Shown here: piece by piece, positions 40,996 to 54,690 of the stretch
Position numbering within the stretch: the stretch's first letter is position 1
Layout of the letters: each line of letters begins with the position of its first letter
From: the human T2T-CHM13v2.0 reference genome, Homo sapiens
Strand: one strand, 5' to 3'
DNA: 64,000 nt
NCBI RefSeq assembly: GCF_009914755.1
Contig: NC_060946.1
Program-made: the position numbers and the translations under genes
Notes under the pieces: model-generated
Told to the model about the DNA's origin: nothing
Databases searched by the model: none
The model's input: the letters and a program-made list of their open reading frames with translations, nothing else

Positions 40996-41737
40996 TCCAC
41001 GGCAACTCCAGGAATTCCACATTGGCCTGTCTTGGGTCCTCAGCTATGGAGGCCGCCCCTGGCCAGCAGTCATTGAGTGGAAGTCAAGTTGAACACATGA
41101 GTTAAGGAATGAAAGAGTAGAACACATTTTTATGTGGGAAACGGCCTGTTTCCCTTGCACTGGAAGCAATAATATACTTCCAGAAGGTTCTGTCTGGCCC
41201 CAGGCAATGCTGCTGACCCCAGCAGGCGTAGGGCAGGGTGCTCCTCCACGTTGAGCCAAGATAAGCACAGAGCCTGACTTCTGAGCCTGCCAGGAAGGCC
41301 CGTCTGGCCCCCTCTGAGGGGCGGCTGTCCTCTGGCACCTCCCCACCCCTCCATGCTCCTCCCAGAGCTCCCAGCACAGAAGGTGCAGGGGCTGCCCAGG
41401 GAGTGTGTTTGGAAGACACCCGGCCAGGCAGCCAGAAGGAGGGAGCCCTGTCTGCTTCGGCACCTCCAGAGCCAACTCCGGTGCCTGGGCCAGTGCCAGG
41501 GTCACCATATGAGGCCAGCCCCAGGGTCACCATCTGAGGCCAGCCCCAGCCGTCCTCTCCTCACGGACTGTTGGCCCAGTTTCCACCATCTGCTGCCATC
41601 ACGGCATGCACTTTCCCACTCCTGAAGTAAAGAGCTGGCACTGAACGCCCATCCCAAGTCTGCGGAGTGAAGGAATGTGGGGCCTCGGTGAACACAGGTC
41701 CACCCACTGAGGAGCCTCGCCTGGGAGCAGGTGGTCA

Positions 41738-42082
<345 letters not shown>

Positions 42083-43522
42083 TCAGAGGCCGGCAGGGAG
42101 AGGGAGACCACCTGGATAGTGCCGGCAGTGTGCTCAGCACCCGGTAGCTACCCCGGGCACTGCACAGAGGCGAGACTTCACCAAAGAGGCCCCCGAGGAC
42201 CCTAGGTTCACTGCCAAGGTGCCAGCCCAGCACAGGGACCATCTGTCTCCAGGCCCTGGCCATCCCTCACCACCAACCTGGCTTTGCTGCTGATAGGTGG
42301 GCCTGGGGCTCTGCTCTGCCAGCTGGGACTCAGGTTCAAAGCGGAAAATGACCGGCACTCCCAGGTTGCCTGTGCGGGCCTCGCATGTACCCAGCAAGTC
42401 TCTCAGTGACGGGGCCGACACTTGGTCTCCATCTGCCACCAGGAGCCTCGAGCTTTGGCCTGGGGCAGCGAATTCTGCCACACCCTTATTTATTTTTAAA
42501 CCCCTCTTTGAACTGGACTTTCAGGAACATTCAGGACGGGACTTAGACATCTCTGTTGTTTAATTACTTGATTTTGTTTGATTTTATTCACAAAATAATT
42601 AGCCTACTAAGGATCTAATTATTGCTAAGGCATGCATTACGGAGATCAGCCCCAGGCAGCTGCGGGAGAAGAGCAAACACGTTGCCTCTGGCCTCAGTCT
42701 CCGGCTGCAATAACATTTTGAAATCAGTTATTTTCTTTTAATAAAGCAGCCTCTGGTTCGCCCATGTCTGCAGTGGGCCAGGCATTGTTTGTGCTTTGCT
42801 ACATTTTCAGGGCTCTGGTTTTCTTTGAAAGACGACAATGTTTCCAATTGAAAGTTGACTCAGAAAACAATGACTCCCAACTCAAGGTCAAAGCTCTTCT
42901 CTAATCCAAAGTAAACCGAGTAATTCTTTTATCTCAGGCTGGGGGAGATGAAGGCAGCATCATTCCCTTCCCATTTATTAAAGGTGCGGGATCCGTGTGT
43001 CGTGGCAGATACCAGGTCTCACGGAAGTCTAATTAGAGAGATGAACCGATAAATGGAATGGTTTATAATTTATCTAATCATGAAGGCAACTTTGCTCCGG
43101 GCGCAGTGTTCACAGGGAGAGATTTCTATCTAGAATGTGTCCGAGGATCCAGGAAACGAAGCCGCCCTTGGCACACTTTTCTTGGCGGATTGCTTCAGGA
43201 AGTTTCTGTGGCCAAGAGGGCCGGGCGGGCCTCAGTGAGACCATTCCTGCTTCCACCAAGGCCTGGAGGTGCACTCTGGGCAAATGACCTCCCCGGGCCC
43301 CATTTTCACACAAGAGGGGTTCTCCCAAAGCCCTTCATGCCAGCCCTGCTCGGCCTCTTTCCGGACACCCCCACTGTTGCCTGCTGACATCGGGGGGAAA
43401 CCCTGGGCTCGGGCCCACATCTCCAGGGCAGGAGCAGCAAGGATAGGAGCCCATATCCTGGAAAAAGCCCTTGGTTAACAGAGTGCTGCTGTGGGCTCTG
43501 GGTCAAAGCACGGTCACCCTAT

Positions 43523-44383
43523 TGAAATGGGGAAAGTCCCCTTGTCCCCTTCGCAGGACGTGTGATGGGGGAGTGGCTCGATTCTTCATGCCCTGCTGCT
43601 CAAACTTCTAGGGGAGCAGACAGACGAGCAGGCTATGGGGCTCCTGACTCCACTGCCGTGTCTAGGGGTGGATGTTTCCAGCTCCTGAAGCCCCAGTGCG
43701 CGTGTGTTCCAGGGTGCTCTGTTAGTTTTGCCGTCTATAGGCTTGTGTTAACCCCTCCACCATGTCACAAGGACAGAGGGCTTTCTGTATCCCCGGTTCT
43801 TGCCTTGGTGTACCGGAAGAATCGGATCACACCTGGGCTTGGAGAATGGGTGAAAGGTTTGATTGAGTGGAAGGAGCTCTCAACAGATGGGGGAGCCAGA
43901 AGGGGATGGAGCAGGAAGGTTTTCCCCTGGAGTCAGGCTGCTCAGCACCCCGGGCTCTCTTCTGACAGCCCTGGCCAAACTCTGCCTCATTCCGCCAGTT
44001 GGTGGCCTCCTGGTGCCTGTCGTGTTCCTCTTGATGTCTGGCCACCTGTGTGTCCACCTGCTAGGGTCTCAAGGTTTTTATAGGCACAGGATGGGGGCGT
44101 AGCAGGCCAGGGTGGTCTTGGGAAATGCAATATTTCGGCAGGAAAACAAAAATGTGTGTACTCATCTAGGTCCCTGGGCACAGGCCCTGGGGTGGAGCCC
44201 TAGCCAGGGACCACGCCCTTCCCCCTTCCATATTATTCAAAGGGACTGCGCCCTTCCCCCTTCCATATTATTCAAAGGGACCGCGCCCTTCCCCCTTCCA
44301 TATTATTCAAAGGGACCGCGCCCTTCCCCCTTCCATATTATTTGAAGGGACCGCGCCGTTCCCTTCCCAGCACTTCTGTCTCA
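43523..44383 (-). mobile_element. Solo ERV1 LTR (LTR27/LTR28/LTR1 group)
   Basis: TG...CA ends (tgaaatggggaaagtccccttgtcccc ... cttctgtctca); 4-bp TSD ctat/cgat; minus-strand TATA box (plus ttttatagg ~44076-44084). Family name is from memory. Confidence 0.75.
44206..44363. repeat. 35-bp tandem repeat, 4.5 copies, inside the LTR U3
   Basis: agggaccgcgcccttcccccttccatattattcaa units start at 44206, 44241, 44276, 44311 and 44346 (partial). Confidence 0.95.
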
Positions 44384-45581
44384 CGATGTCCCCGGCTCAC
44401 CCAGTCCCTCCTCCCAGCGACATCACGTCCACAGGCTCTGGGATGCATTTGTTTTTAATGAGGACGTGCTGTCCAGAGCTACAGGATCTTCAGAGAGAAA
44501 GCGCAAGGGCCTCAGAATTGTCCCAGTGTCATCCTGGAAGGAGACCCCTTGGGTCTGTGAGTCCCTGAGCCTGGACCCTGAATGTGTGCTCAGCTGTGCC
44601 CAGCTGCAGTGCTCTGGGACAGCCCTTTAGCTCCCCATGGGAAGTGCAGGCCCTGGGCCGGCCCAAGCCCCACCAGAGGAGGGTGTCGGGGCAGGGAGAG
44701 GTCAGTGTCTGCAAGGAGACCATGCCCCACCCCCATGCCCCACCCCCATGCCCCAGGCCTCCCTCCACCCCCTGGATAGCCTTGGTTGGGGTCCTGCCCC
44801 CAGCTGCCTTGGGACAACTAACTACAACTTGAGTTCCTGGATTTGGAGGCTGGCTTTGGGGGAGAGGGAACGTTCACTCTGTCCTGGAAGAGGATAAACA
44901 ACCCCGGTCCCGTGCATGGTGAGCACAGCTGTGCACCTGTTGATGGTGGGAAGGTCTTTCCCCTTGAGAAGAAAAATTACTTTGATAGACCTATTTTTAT
45001 AATCTGTCAATTGCATAAAATCCTTTGCATTTTGTGGGTAAAAAAGCCAGAGCTGCTGAAAAATCTATCAGGGGAGGAGGTCTGTGGAAGGAGGAGCTGT
45101 CGAGGGTCACCTTTCTGGAGCACTAGGGTGAGGGTTGCAGGGCAGCAGAGGGACACACTGACCACCGACCGGAATCCTTGGTGTCCACAGGCTCAAGGTG
45201 TAGCTCTCATTCAAGGCCCAGAGGCCTGAGAGGCAGCAACAGCTGCAATTTAGGAGCTGATTTGTGTGCGGGGTTCTGAGGGAGGCTGTCAGTGGGGTTA
45301 GAGGTAGTGACTTTTATCAGGATGGGAAAACGCCGGCCCAGGGCTGCCCTGCGGACGTGTGTGTTGGGGCATGAACGAGTCCCCCTCCCTGTGCTGATGG
45401 ACTCTGAGCCGTCCTCAGTGGGGTTGGCTTTATCCCTGAGCCTCACGGTGGTGTCAGGCATAGAGTGATGTTCGGTGGTGGACGTGCACAGCCACGCCGC
45501 TCCCTTCCCTGATGACACCCAGGCTGTTATGCACAAAAGCAGCACCCAGGGTGAGAGCACAGACCCCAAAGGCCCACTGCC

Positions 45582-45720
45582 CTGAGCAAGCTGAAACTCC
45601 CGGTGCCTCAATTTCCCCTATGTGATAATCCTGGAACCTGCTCCATGGTTTGGCCTTGAGGATTAAATGAGCCAGTGTCTGCTGCACTGGGAGAGGCTGA
45701 GAGGTGCCACTAAATGTGCC
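45582..45720 (+). mobile_element. MIR fragment
   Basis: gtgcctcaatttcccctatgtga ... tgaggattaaatgag. Confidence 0.65.
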
Positions 45721-47075
45721 TGTGTCGATAGTAACACGCTTTGCATGGCCATTTGGGCTGCATGTGTACAGAGATGTATTGGTATTTATGTGCATATACG
45801 TAAAGATGTGGCAATTTCAGCATCAAAGAGAATAACTACAATTAATTAAAGCACATTAGATATGTTAAGAATGGGAGTTCATAATGGCCTTCCAAAAACA
45901 TAGGTCAGTTTAAGAAAAACTAAAGAATCAACTGATTCTTCAGAAAACTAGTAAGAGGAAAGGATTACACAGGTATCAGCATTTCCTGTGCAGGACGCAC
46001 CAGGGCACCCAGATGGCTGGTGGAGGGAATGTCTTCTTCATAGGATATGATAGCTAAGGAATCAAGAAAAGATGGCAGAACCAGAATGTCAGCATTTCCA
46101 ATCCCTAATGAAAAAGCAAATGACTCAGGCTGTGACCAACAAGACCTAAGAGGGTGCTTTAGATAGAAGAATCTGGTGAGCCGCTGACCAACGTCTTTAT
46201 TTATATTCCTTACATATGCATTATGAAATGTGCATATGCATATATAATAAGATAATAATATATAGTGTTAATATATTTATATATTCTATAAACTTGAAAA
46301 TAATGCTAACTATTTATCTGAGTTTAAACCATTACTGGGTTGCCCTAACTCCCATTGCTTTACAGAAAGTTTTGAAATTGAGGTCACTGATGGGTCTTAT
46401 CACTAAAGCATTCTGCCTTCCTGTCATGCTGTGGTTCAGGAGGAAAGCCCGGCCTAGGAAGCATTCTTGACCATAAAGCGGGACCCTCATCCACCCACCC
46501 CCTCGGACAGCAGGTCCCTGGGGACAGACGGGAACCCCAAGCCACGGATGTGGAGCAGGGACAGGGCTGGGTCCAGTACCAGTGCCTTTCGGGCCCCATG
46601 CTGGGCCTCTCTTTGGCTCCACTAATTGTCCTCTTTTTCTTCATGGCTAAAATGCATCAGCTGTGTATTGTTACCCAATTGTGTGGCCTCCTCTTAGGTC
46701 CCCTTCCTGGAAGCAAACCCTGAGGTTAGGAACGGGGGTGCAGCACCCTCACCCTTCCTCCTCACCCACACACATGCCCCTGGGACCACCCTCCCTTCAC
46801 AGAGGACACCAGGCTCTGCATGTGGTTCTGGGCCTCGAGGTGTTCATGGAACAAAACCCAACAGATGTCCCTTCTAGGTAGGATGTGCAGCTCACACCCA
46901 TTAAACAAGAGCTGCCTGACACGTCCCAGACAATACTGAGATTCTTACACCCAGCAGTTAAGGGAAAGCGGCCTTTTTTCAGAGTGAGCATGCACAAGTT
47001 ACTGTTTAAAATTCACTTAAAATAGTTCCTCTGTATGAAGTTAAACTACCAGAATCAGGCATATTGTGATCCCTA

Positions 47076-47511
<436 letters not shown>

Positions 47512-48978
47512 ACTGTAAATTGACAAATAGTAGTTATCTGCATTTGTGGGTTATAAAATGATGTTATGATTTATGAATACAATGTGGAATAATTAAATCA
47601 AGCTAATTAACATAGCCATCACTTTAAATGCTTGTCATTGTTTTGTCATTTTTATCATTGCGAGCCTCTCTCTACTCCAACCTCCCTGCTCTGCCTGGCC
47701 AGGGGCACAGAACAGGCACATGCCTTGTGCACAGCGGCAGCCGTGAGGAACCTTCTCCTTCCCACTTGCCACTGCTAGCATGGAGCACAGGGCCCCCCAC
47801 AGCCCGCTGCTCTCTGCCCCCTCTGCAGGGCCACCATGGAGGCGAGGTCTCTGTGAAGCTGGTCACTGCATTGCAGGTCCCCGGCAGCCACACAACGAAC
47901 ATCGGCTGGAGCCTGGACGTGAGGATGGCGGGGCCTCTCCTGCTAGAAATGGAAACTCTGTCCCCGTGGCTGCCAGTTGACCTTCTCCTGCTGGGAGGAC
48001 CTCCATGGCCTCTGCTGTCTGCATGGTGTGGCCTGAAGAGCCCTCCACCCCAGGAGTTGCCACTGGCCCTTCGGGAAGTGAGACTGGGACTGGGCACAGC
48101 GCTAGGTGATGAGGCAGGTCACGCTGGTGAGAAAGGGGTTTTGCTACTCTGGACTGTGCCCTGCGGTCAGCGGCAGAGCAAACGCATCTGCAGAGACCGG
48201 CTCAAATTCCTGGGGTCTCCGGAGAACTCCATCACTCAGTTGCCTCCGCCGGTAGCCCTGGGCTTGCCCACTAATCCACTGGCTGTAATCTCCACCCAGG
48301 GAAGGGAGTCCCTCTGCTCTGTGGACCCGTTTCCAGGGCAACCAGGAGTATGACCTCCCACAGCAGGGGACAGGTGCCGCCAGGCGTGCTGGCCTGACTG
48401 CCAGAGCACCGGGGAGAAGACCTGGGGTACACGCGGCGTCTTGGTCCTACTGGCTCTGGCCACCTGGTGACAGCCCCTGCCTGGGACTCGGTGTGTCCTC
48501 CTGTTGGTGGATGCAGTGGGGGCTCCAGTTCCTTGGATCCTTAGAGAATCGTCAACCCCTTGGGGAGGTTGGCTGGGCCCCGTCAGGGCAGCTGTGAGCA
48601 AGGAAGACTCACAGGGCATCCTGCCTCCGAGGTCCTTCCTCAGTGCCGCATGGTGGAAGCTGTGGCACCAACCAAATATTTCCTGCGGCCTGTGCTTGAA
48701 GAGACCTACACCAACTCCCTCCGAGTGACTGACACCTCCCCGGAGGCGCAAAATGGAGACATCCTCTTTTTTCTGTGTGTGCAAACAGAAAGAAGGCCGG
48801 GCGTGCAGACGACTCGGGAGAACAGATGCCCCGCTTGGCACCTCGCTTGGCAGCCTGTGTTCTCCCAGGCTCTGAGCCTGTCCAGGCTGTGGGGAGCGCA
48901 GAGAGTGGAAGCCAGGAGGGGCCTCCCAAAGACCTCACCCCTAGGGATTCTCTGTCTCTGCCAGCAGTGCCGTGCACA

Positions 48979-49065
48979 GGGTTGGCAGAACATTCAGGCC
49001 AGAGGAAGAGGCACCTGGGGTTGGCACCATGGGGTTGGCAGAACATTCAGGCCAGAGGAAGAGGC
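48979..49065. repeat. 34-bp perfect direct repeat with 19-bp spacer
   Basis: gggttggcagaacattcaggccagaggaagaggc at 48979-49012 and 49032-49065. Confidence 0.92.
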
Positions 49066-52000
49066 CCCGGCTCCCGACCCCCACGGCAGTGGCAGAGGCC
49101 CTGCCCTACTCCACACTCGTGCTGCACAGCTGAGAAGGGTTCAAACACGTTGACATGACCCAGCCTGGAGTGGGAAGGCTGTGCAGGTGCTCCTGGAATC
49201 CTTGCAGGGAGCCAGGATCTGCTGCTCTCGGCCAGGCCCTGGCTTTGCCGCTCTCTGTTCCTGTGTAACAGATCCAGCAAACCCTCCTGAGTGTGGCCTC
49301 TGGATGGGGCAAGGCATAGAGGGAAACACAGGGGAGGGCCTTGGCCTGGTTCCCCCCAGCCACAGCCTTGGTGTGGAGAAAGAGGAGGGGGAGGAGAGGA
49401 GCCCCTGAGGGCCAGAGCCTGCACCGGGCAGAGTGGCCACCATGGGCTCTGTTCTGGTAAGAGATCCACTGCAGGGTGGCCAGGGAAGAGCTGAGCTAGG
49501 TCCCAGGTGAAAGGTTCCTGGGGTGGCTGCAGTTGTGGCTGCCACAAGCCCTTGTTGGACTCTCCAAGAGGAAGAGAAGAGGACAGAAGTGCTCTCCTGG
49601 GCCGTGTCCACCTTTGGGTGCTTCTCTCACGGTTCCACCTGCAGGTCAGCCTCTCCTCATCAGTAGGTGATGGGACCCTCTAATGTTACTGATGAGTGGG
49701 GAGGCGGCCCCTGAGGACTGCTGTTTCCACAGGCTCACACACAGACCCCACTGCACCCCAAGCCCGGGCAGCCCTTGTTTCCTACCCTCCCCACCCGTCA
49801 GTGTGGAACGGCAGGTGAGGAGAGCCGGCTGTGAGGGCTGAAGCAGCCTCTGAATCACTGTGGAAGTCTCCAGGTGTGTGCAGCTCTCCTGCTCCGTGGG
49901 CGGGTGCTGCGGAGAAGTGTGAGGACAGGGTAGACAGGAGGGGAGAGGTTTGGAAGGAAAGGGGCCCGGCCGCCTGCCAGCTCTCCTGGTGAGTCTCTGC
50001 TGTGTAAGGATTTTATGCCCCCAGTTGTTAGGGGAGCACCCTCCAGCTCTACCTGTGGCCACAGCCCCCTCTGCCATGGGCTGGGTTTGCCATGTGCCAT
50101 GTGCCATGTGCCAGAAGCAGAGGCAGCCGACCCGAGTGGAGCCCTCTCAAGGGACAGGAGGCAGCACCCAGGAGAGGACAGCAGGTGAGCAGCCTCCCAG
50201 AGCTCAGCTCAGGTTCTCACTGAAAATCCCACCAAATCCTTTTGCAGGAGCCTGGAGGCGATGTGCTGGTGGGAAGGGCTGTGGCGCCGGGAAACACGGG
50301 GTGGAAATGGAACCGGAACGAGCAAGGAGAGTCCAGGCACCACCTGGGCGACAGCCAGGGAGAGGAATCCTGGATCCCGGGTCTGAGCCGGAAGTTGCTC
50401 CTCTGCCTGATTCCAAATGAGCTCAAGGCGGACCCAGCACCCCAGCTGGCATGTGTGAATCTCGGCTGGTCACCACCCGCAGGGCCGGCCTTAACTGATG
50501 AGCAGTGTCTGAGTGCATTTCCGAGTGTGGACCTGGATGTCCTTTGATTGTCTCCTCAAGTCCTAGTTAAAGAATCCCACTGGTGCTGGTCAGAGCCAGC
50601 TTCCTAGACACGTGGGTCCCGGCAGGCAGCCCTGTCGTGGGGCTCAGGTAGCCGGGTGGATCTTTCTGGCCAACAGATCACCTGCGTGGGGCCTGCATCT
50701 GTGGCCGGCCACACGCTCCAGGCTTCAATGCATGCAGGTAAATTTGGGAGTCTGTTCCTGCCCGTTAGTGATATCGGAGTTCAAATTACTTGAAATAGCA
50801 CAATTGAAACAGACTCCCGGCGCATTGCTCTGGTGGGGCTCAGGAAGCTCGCAGGAAGCAGAAAGCGTGGCTGCACCGTCACCACGCCACCACGAATCTT
50901 GCCTCTTTATGCATGTGAACCAGGTAACGGGTTTCGTGACGTTTTCATACGCCCTGCGGGACCTGCGTTCTGCCCTGTGCTCAGACCATGGGTCAGAGGC
51001 GCCTGCTGGGGCTTTTGCACCGGGACAGCTGGAAGGTGCCCTGGCCACGTCCACCGTGGTGTGCAGTTGCTCTGTGGTCAGGGCAGGGGACTTTCCACTT
51101 CTCCTTCCCCGCAAGGCAAGAGCAAAGGGGAGCCCGGGCAGAAGCGGTGCCCTCGGGTGCCCTGGGGTGGGCTCCATGCCAGCATCTCCTGGCCAGACCC
51201 TTGCGACCAGTTGGATCAGCCCCTGAGGTCCCATGGCTCTTGCCTGCAGTGCAGGCTCCTTCCGGTGGCCAAGGTGCTTTTCCAGGGAGAGCACCAGGGT
51301 GCATGCCCGTGGTGCAGCGTCGGAGCTGGTGGATGAGAGAAACCTGCTGTTATGGGCGGGGCCCCAGGTTGGGGCAGAGCAGGGATGTGTGGAGCCTACT
51401 CTGTGGCTGAGGCCCAGGCACTTTAGGAAACTTTCCACGGCGCCAGAGCACGAGCCCAGACCCCAAGGGGACCCACATGGAGCAGAGGAGCTGAAGCTCC
51501 TGCGTCCTGGGCTCAGGTGACCACCACATCCAGGTGTGCCTGCGGCCTTCCCAACATCCTGGGGACGCTTTAGTCCTGGCAAGCGGGGCGGTGAGTCACC
51601 CTGTGCAGGGTTCAGGGAGGCCCCAATCCCCAAGAGACCGCTCCCTCCCTGGCTGAGCCCTGGCTCTTCCACAGGGGAAGGCATTGGGTTGCACCTCGCT
51701 GGAATTCAGCCCTACTCAGCAGGAAGGAGGAGCTCAGGGGTTCCCCAGAGGTAGTGCCGGTGGGGTGCCTCCCTGCTGTTGCTGTGATGTGGGTGACAGA
51801 CAAGCTGGGAGCTCAGCAGCCCACAGCAGAACACGTGCACCGCTGGGCAACTGGGGGGCAGCCCGGGAGTGGGGAGGGTTGGGCAGCCAATGGGGGCAGT
51901 GGGGTAAGCAAGGCTGCTCTTCGCATCCTGTCTGGGCCCGTCTCCCCCAAACCCTGAGGCCAGCTGGTTTCACCTCAGTGCTGAGTGTCTCTCATCCTCC

Positions 52001-52374
52001 AAGAGCCCAGGCCCAGGACAGGGCAAGAGGAAAATGATGGTCAGACACACGGTTGCAGTCCCCTCACCGTCTGATGGAGACACTCTGGAGTCACACGAAA
52101 CAAGGGTCCCACGTTTGGCACAGGTGAGGGGTTGGAGCCACACAGGAAAAGGGGGCCTGCCTTTCTGAGGCCGGAACTGCAGAGCAGGACAGAACTCTTG
52201 GCAAAGATAAGCAACATCGTCACAAAGACACAGGCCAGCCCTTCCCCTGGGGGATGGATGTGTGGGGAGCCTGGTGGGGCTGAGGCGGGAACGCCCCCGG
52301 CTCCCATCCTTCTGGGATAAAGCTCCACCCTGGAAAACAGTGGAGCTCATCTTGGGGGGAGACCCATGGGATAA

Positions 52375-52680
52375 GGACACCTACCTGAGTGGGGCCACTG
52401 GGGGCAGGGCCATGGTGCGGGGGAGCTGGGAGGGGATACTTGGGTGGGGACACCTCTAGGGGATACCTGCCTGGGGTGGGTGGGACACCTGGGCAGGGAC
52501 ACCTGAGTGGGGATACCTGGGGCGGAACACCTTCGGGGGGGTACCTGGGGCAGGTGGGAATACCTGGGGAGGACACCTGAGGGGGGTGCCTGGGACGGGA
52601 CACATGCAGGGACACCTGAGTGGAGCCCCTGGATGGGGTCAGCTGGGTGGGGTCCCTGGGGGGTCACCTGGGCGGGGCCC
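52375..52680. repeat. Degenerate G-rich minisatellite (ggga(c/t)acctg core)
   Basis: More than 10 recurrences of ga(c/t)acct separated by G-runs. Confidence 0.8.
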
Positions 52681-54499
52681 GCGACAGGGAAGTCTCTGGC
52701 AGGGGCTATGTTCCCCCACCCTGGCATTAGCGGCAGGTGCCCGCCCTCTTCCTCCTGACTGGAAAGGGTTCCCTTAATGCTACTTTCACTGTTATTTACA
52801 TATGTTGTGAAGGATGAGGACTTGATCTGTGTTGCTAAGCGAGGATGCTGTTGCTCTGGCACAGAAGGAAGTCTTCAATAAAAATATGACCATAAAGGAA
52901 GCGAAGGTTCTTTCTCTAATGTATTCGGAATGCCTGCGCCTGGCACGCAGGCCCGCGGCACTCCTCAGCATCTCGCTGCCTGTCTAGCATCAGTACATGT
53001 GTGATATTGATTTTTTTTCCCCAGCAAGTGTAAGAAATACACATTTTATTTACCTTTTAAATTCCCAGCACCCATTGGCTGCTGGTTTACAGGCTGCAAA
53101 GTGCTCAGCAGTAGAAGGCTCAGGCAAGTCCAGGGGAGAAGCAACCCCAGATAGCGAGACTGCAGCTTCCCCGCTGCCCCTGCTTGAGCTGCGAACTGAA
53201 GACCAGCCAGGCAGCTGCTGCCCGCTCCCATCTGACTGAGGAGCCAACTGCAGCTCGGTTGGGGGTTCTCTGAGGGCAGCAAGGACTGGGGCAGCTCTTC
53301 TCCTGGGTGGTGATTTCTGGTGGTGGTTCTTGGGAAGCACACTGGATGCCCTGTATCTGTTTTCACAGCTAAGAAGACTCTCATGTCACTGAAGTTTCCT
53401 GGGAAGCCACCCCATGGGGCACATCCTCCTGACTTCAGGTTTGCCTCTTGCAGGAGCAGCTCAGCCTGCCTGAAGGGGAGGACTCTGTGAGGTCCACAGG
53501 GCACCTCATGCACCCACCTCATCTCCAGGGCAAATGTCTGCTGAGTGCCCCAGCAGTGGCGTGCTTCCACCCCCTAGAGGTCGACCTGGCTTGCCAGTGG
53601 CTTGCGGGGCTGGAGACAAGGGCAGATGGTTCTGGGCACCAGCCCAGACGTCTCCTGCACACAGACATGAGTTGCAGACATTTGGGTCTGAGCCCCCAGG
53701 CTCTATGGGCCCTGCCTGTGAATGTCAATCAAATGTCCTGCCTCAAAGCTCTCCCCATTTTGAGAGACATCAAACAATGTGAAATGTAACACGCAAACAC
53801 TTCAAAACCAAATCAGAGTAAGACAGCACTGCTCTCATTCTCTGCACTGCTCTTTAGGCGACAGACACTCTGCCATCTGCCTCTCTCTCTCCTCCTCCCT
53901 TCCCCACTTCCCCAGGGCCTGGAAAGCCACCCTGTGCTGCTTGCTTCCACTCCTCGGCAGCCCTCACAGCCTGGTCTCTGCATCCACCTTGCCAGTAAAA
54001 CTCTCCAGCCACTGGCCATCCTGGGCGACAGAGAGCCAAGCTCCGGGCCCCGTCTCCCATCCCCTGCATCCCCTGACCTCACTGGCTGCTGGACACTGTC
54101 TCGTCGTCTCACTGCACTCTTGCCCCCTTGCTTCCTCAGGACTGCTCCTCCCTCCTCACTGCCCCTTCACTGTCCTGCCGGGTGTCTCCTCTTCCTCTGC
54201 CCTGGCACTCCAGTGGCCAATGTCCTGGAACAGTGGCCGCACATCTGCGCCTCCCCCATCCATCCAGGGCTCCCCTCGCCTCCTCTGCACTGTGTGTTTG
54301 GTGGAAGACACAGACCACAAAGGCAAGATGGCTCCGAGGGTGACGAGAGCATGCGTATTGACCACGGTCCTGCTGCAGCCACCAGTGCACACCCTCCTCT
54401 AACATGCAGAGCAATCCCACGTAAGAGGGTTATCACCGATCCCGTGTTCTAGATGAAGAACCAGAGACGCAGAGATGTCATCCTGACAGCCACTGATAG

Positions 54500-54690
54500 T
54501 GACTGAGCACCTGCTGCCGCTGGCCCTGTTCACGTGGTTTCCACTTCTACTATTTAAACCTCCTGGTCACCCTATAAGACAGGTCCTCTACTGTTTTACA
54601 GAAGCAGAAATGAATCAATAACTTTCCTATTGCCCCAGTTGCTAGAACCCTTGATGGGTCATGGAGCCCAGAGTCGAACCCAGTGCTGTG
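54500..54690 (-). mobile_element. MIR fragment
   Basis: ctgttttacagaagcagaaatga...cagttgctaga...ggagcccagagtcgaacccag. Confidence 0.55.

Noticed and set aside
44206-44363. 35-bp repeats of CRISPR-like length
   Set aside because: Head-to-tail with no unique spacers, inside an LTR in human DNA, no cas genes.
48979-49065. Repeat-spacer-repeat resembling a mini CRISPR array
   Set aside because: Only two copies, the spacer is derived from the repeat, and the context is eukaryotic.
50700-50826. 14-bp palindrome tgtggccggccaca and an 11-bp stem (gggagtctgtt/aacagactccc) suggesting a pre-miRNA
   Set aside because: Matches of this length are expected by chance a few times in 64 kb, and the inner pairing is poor.
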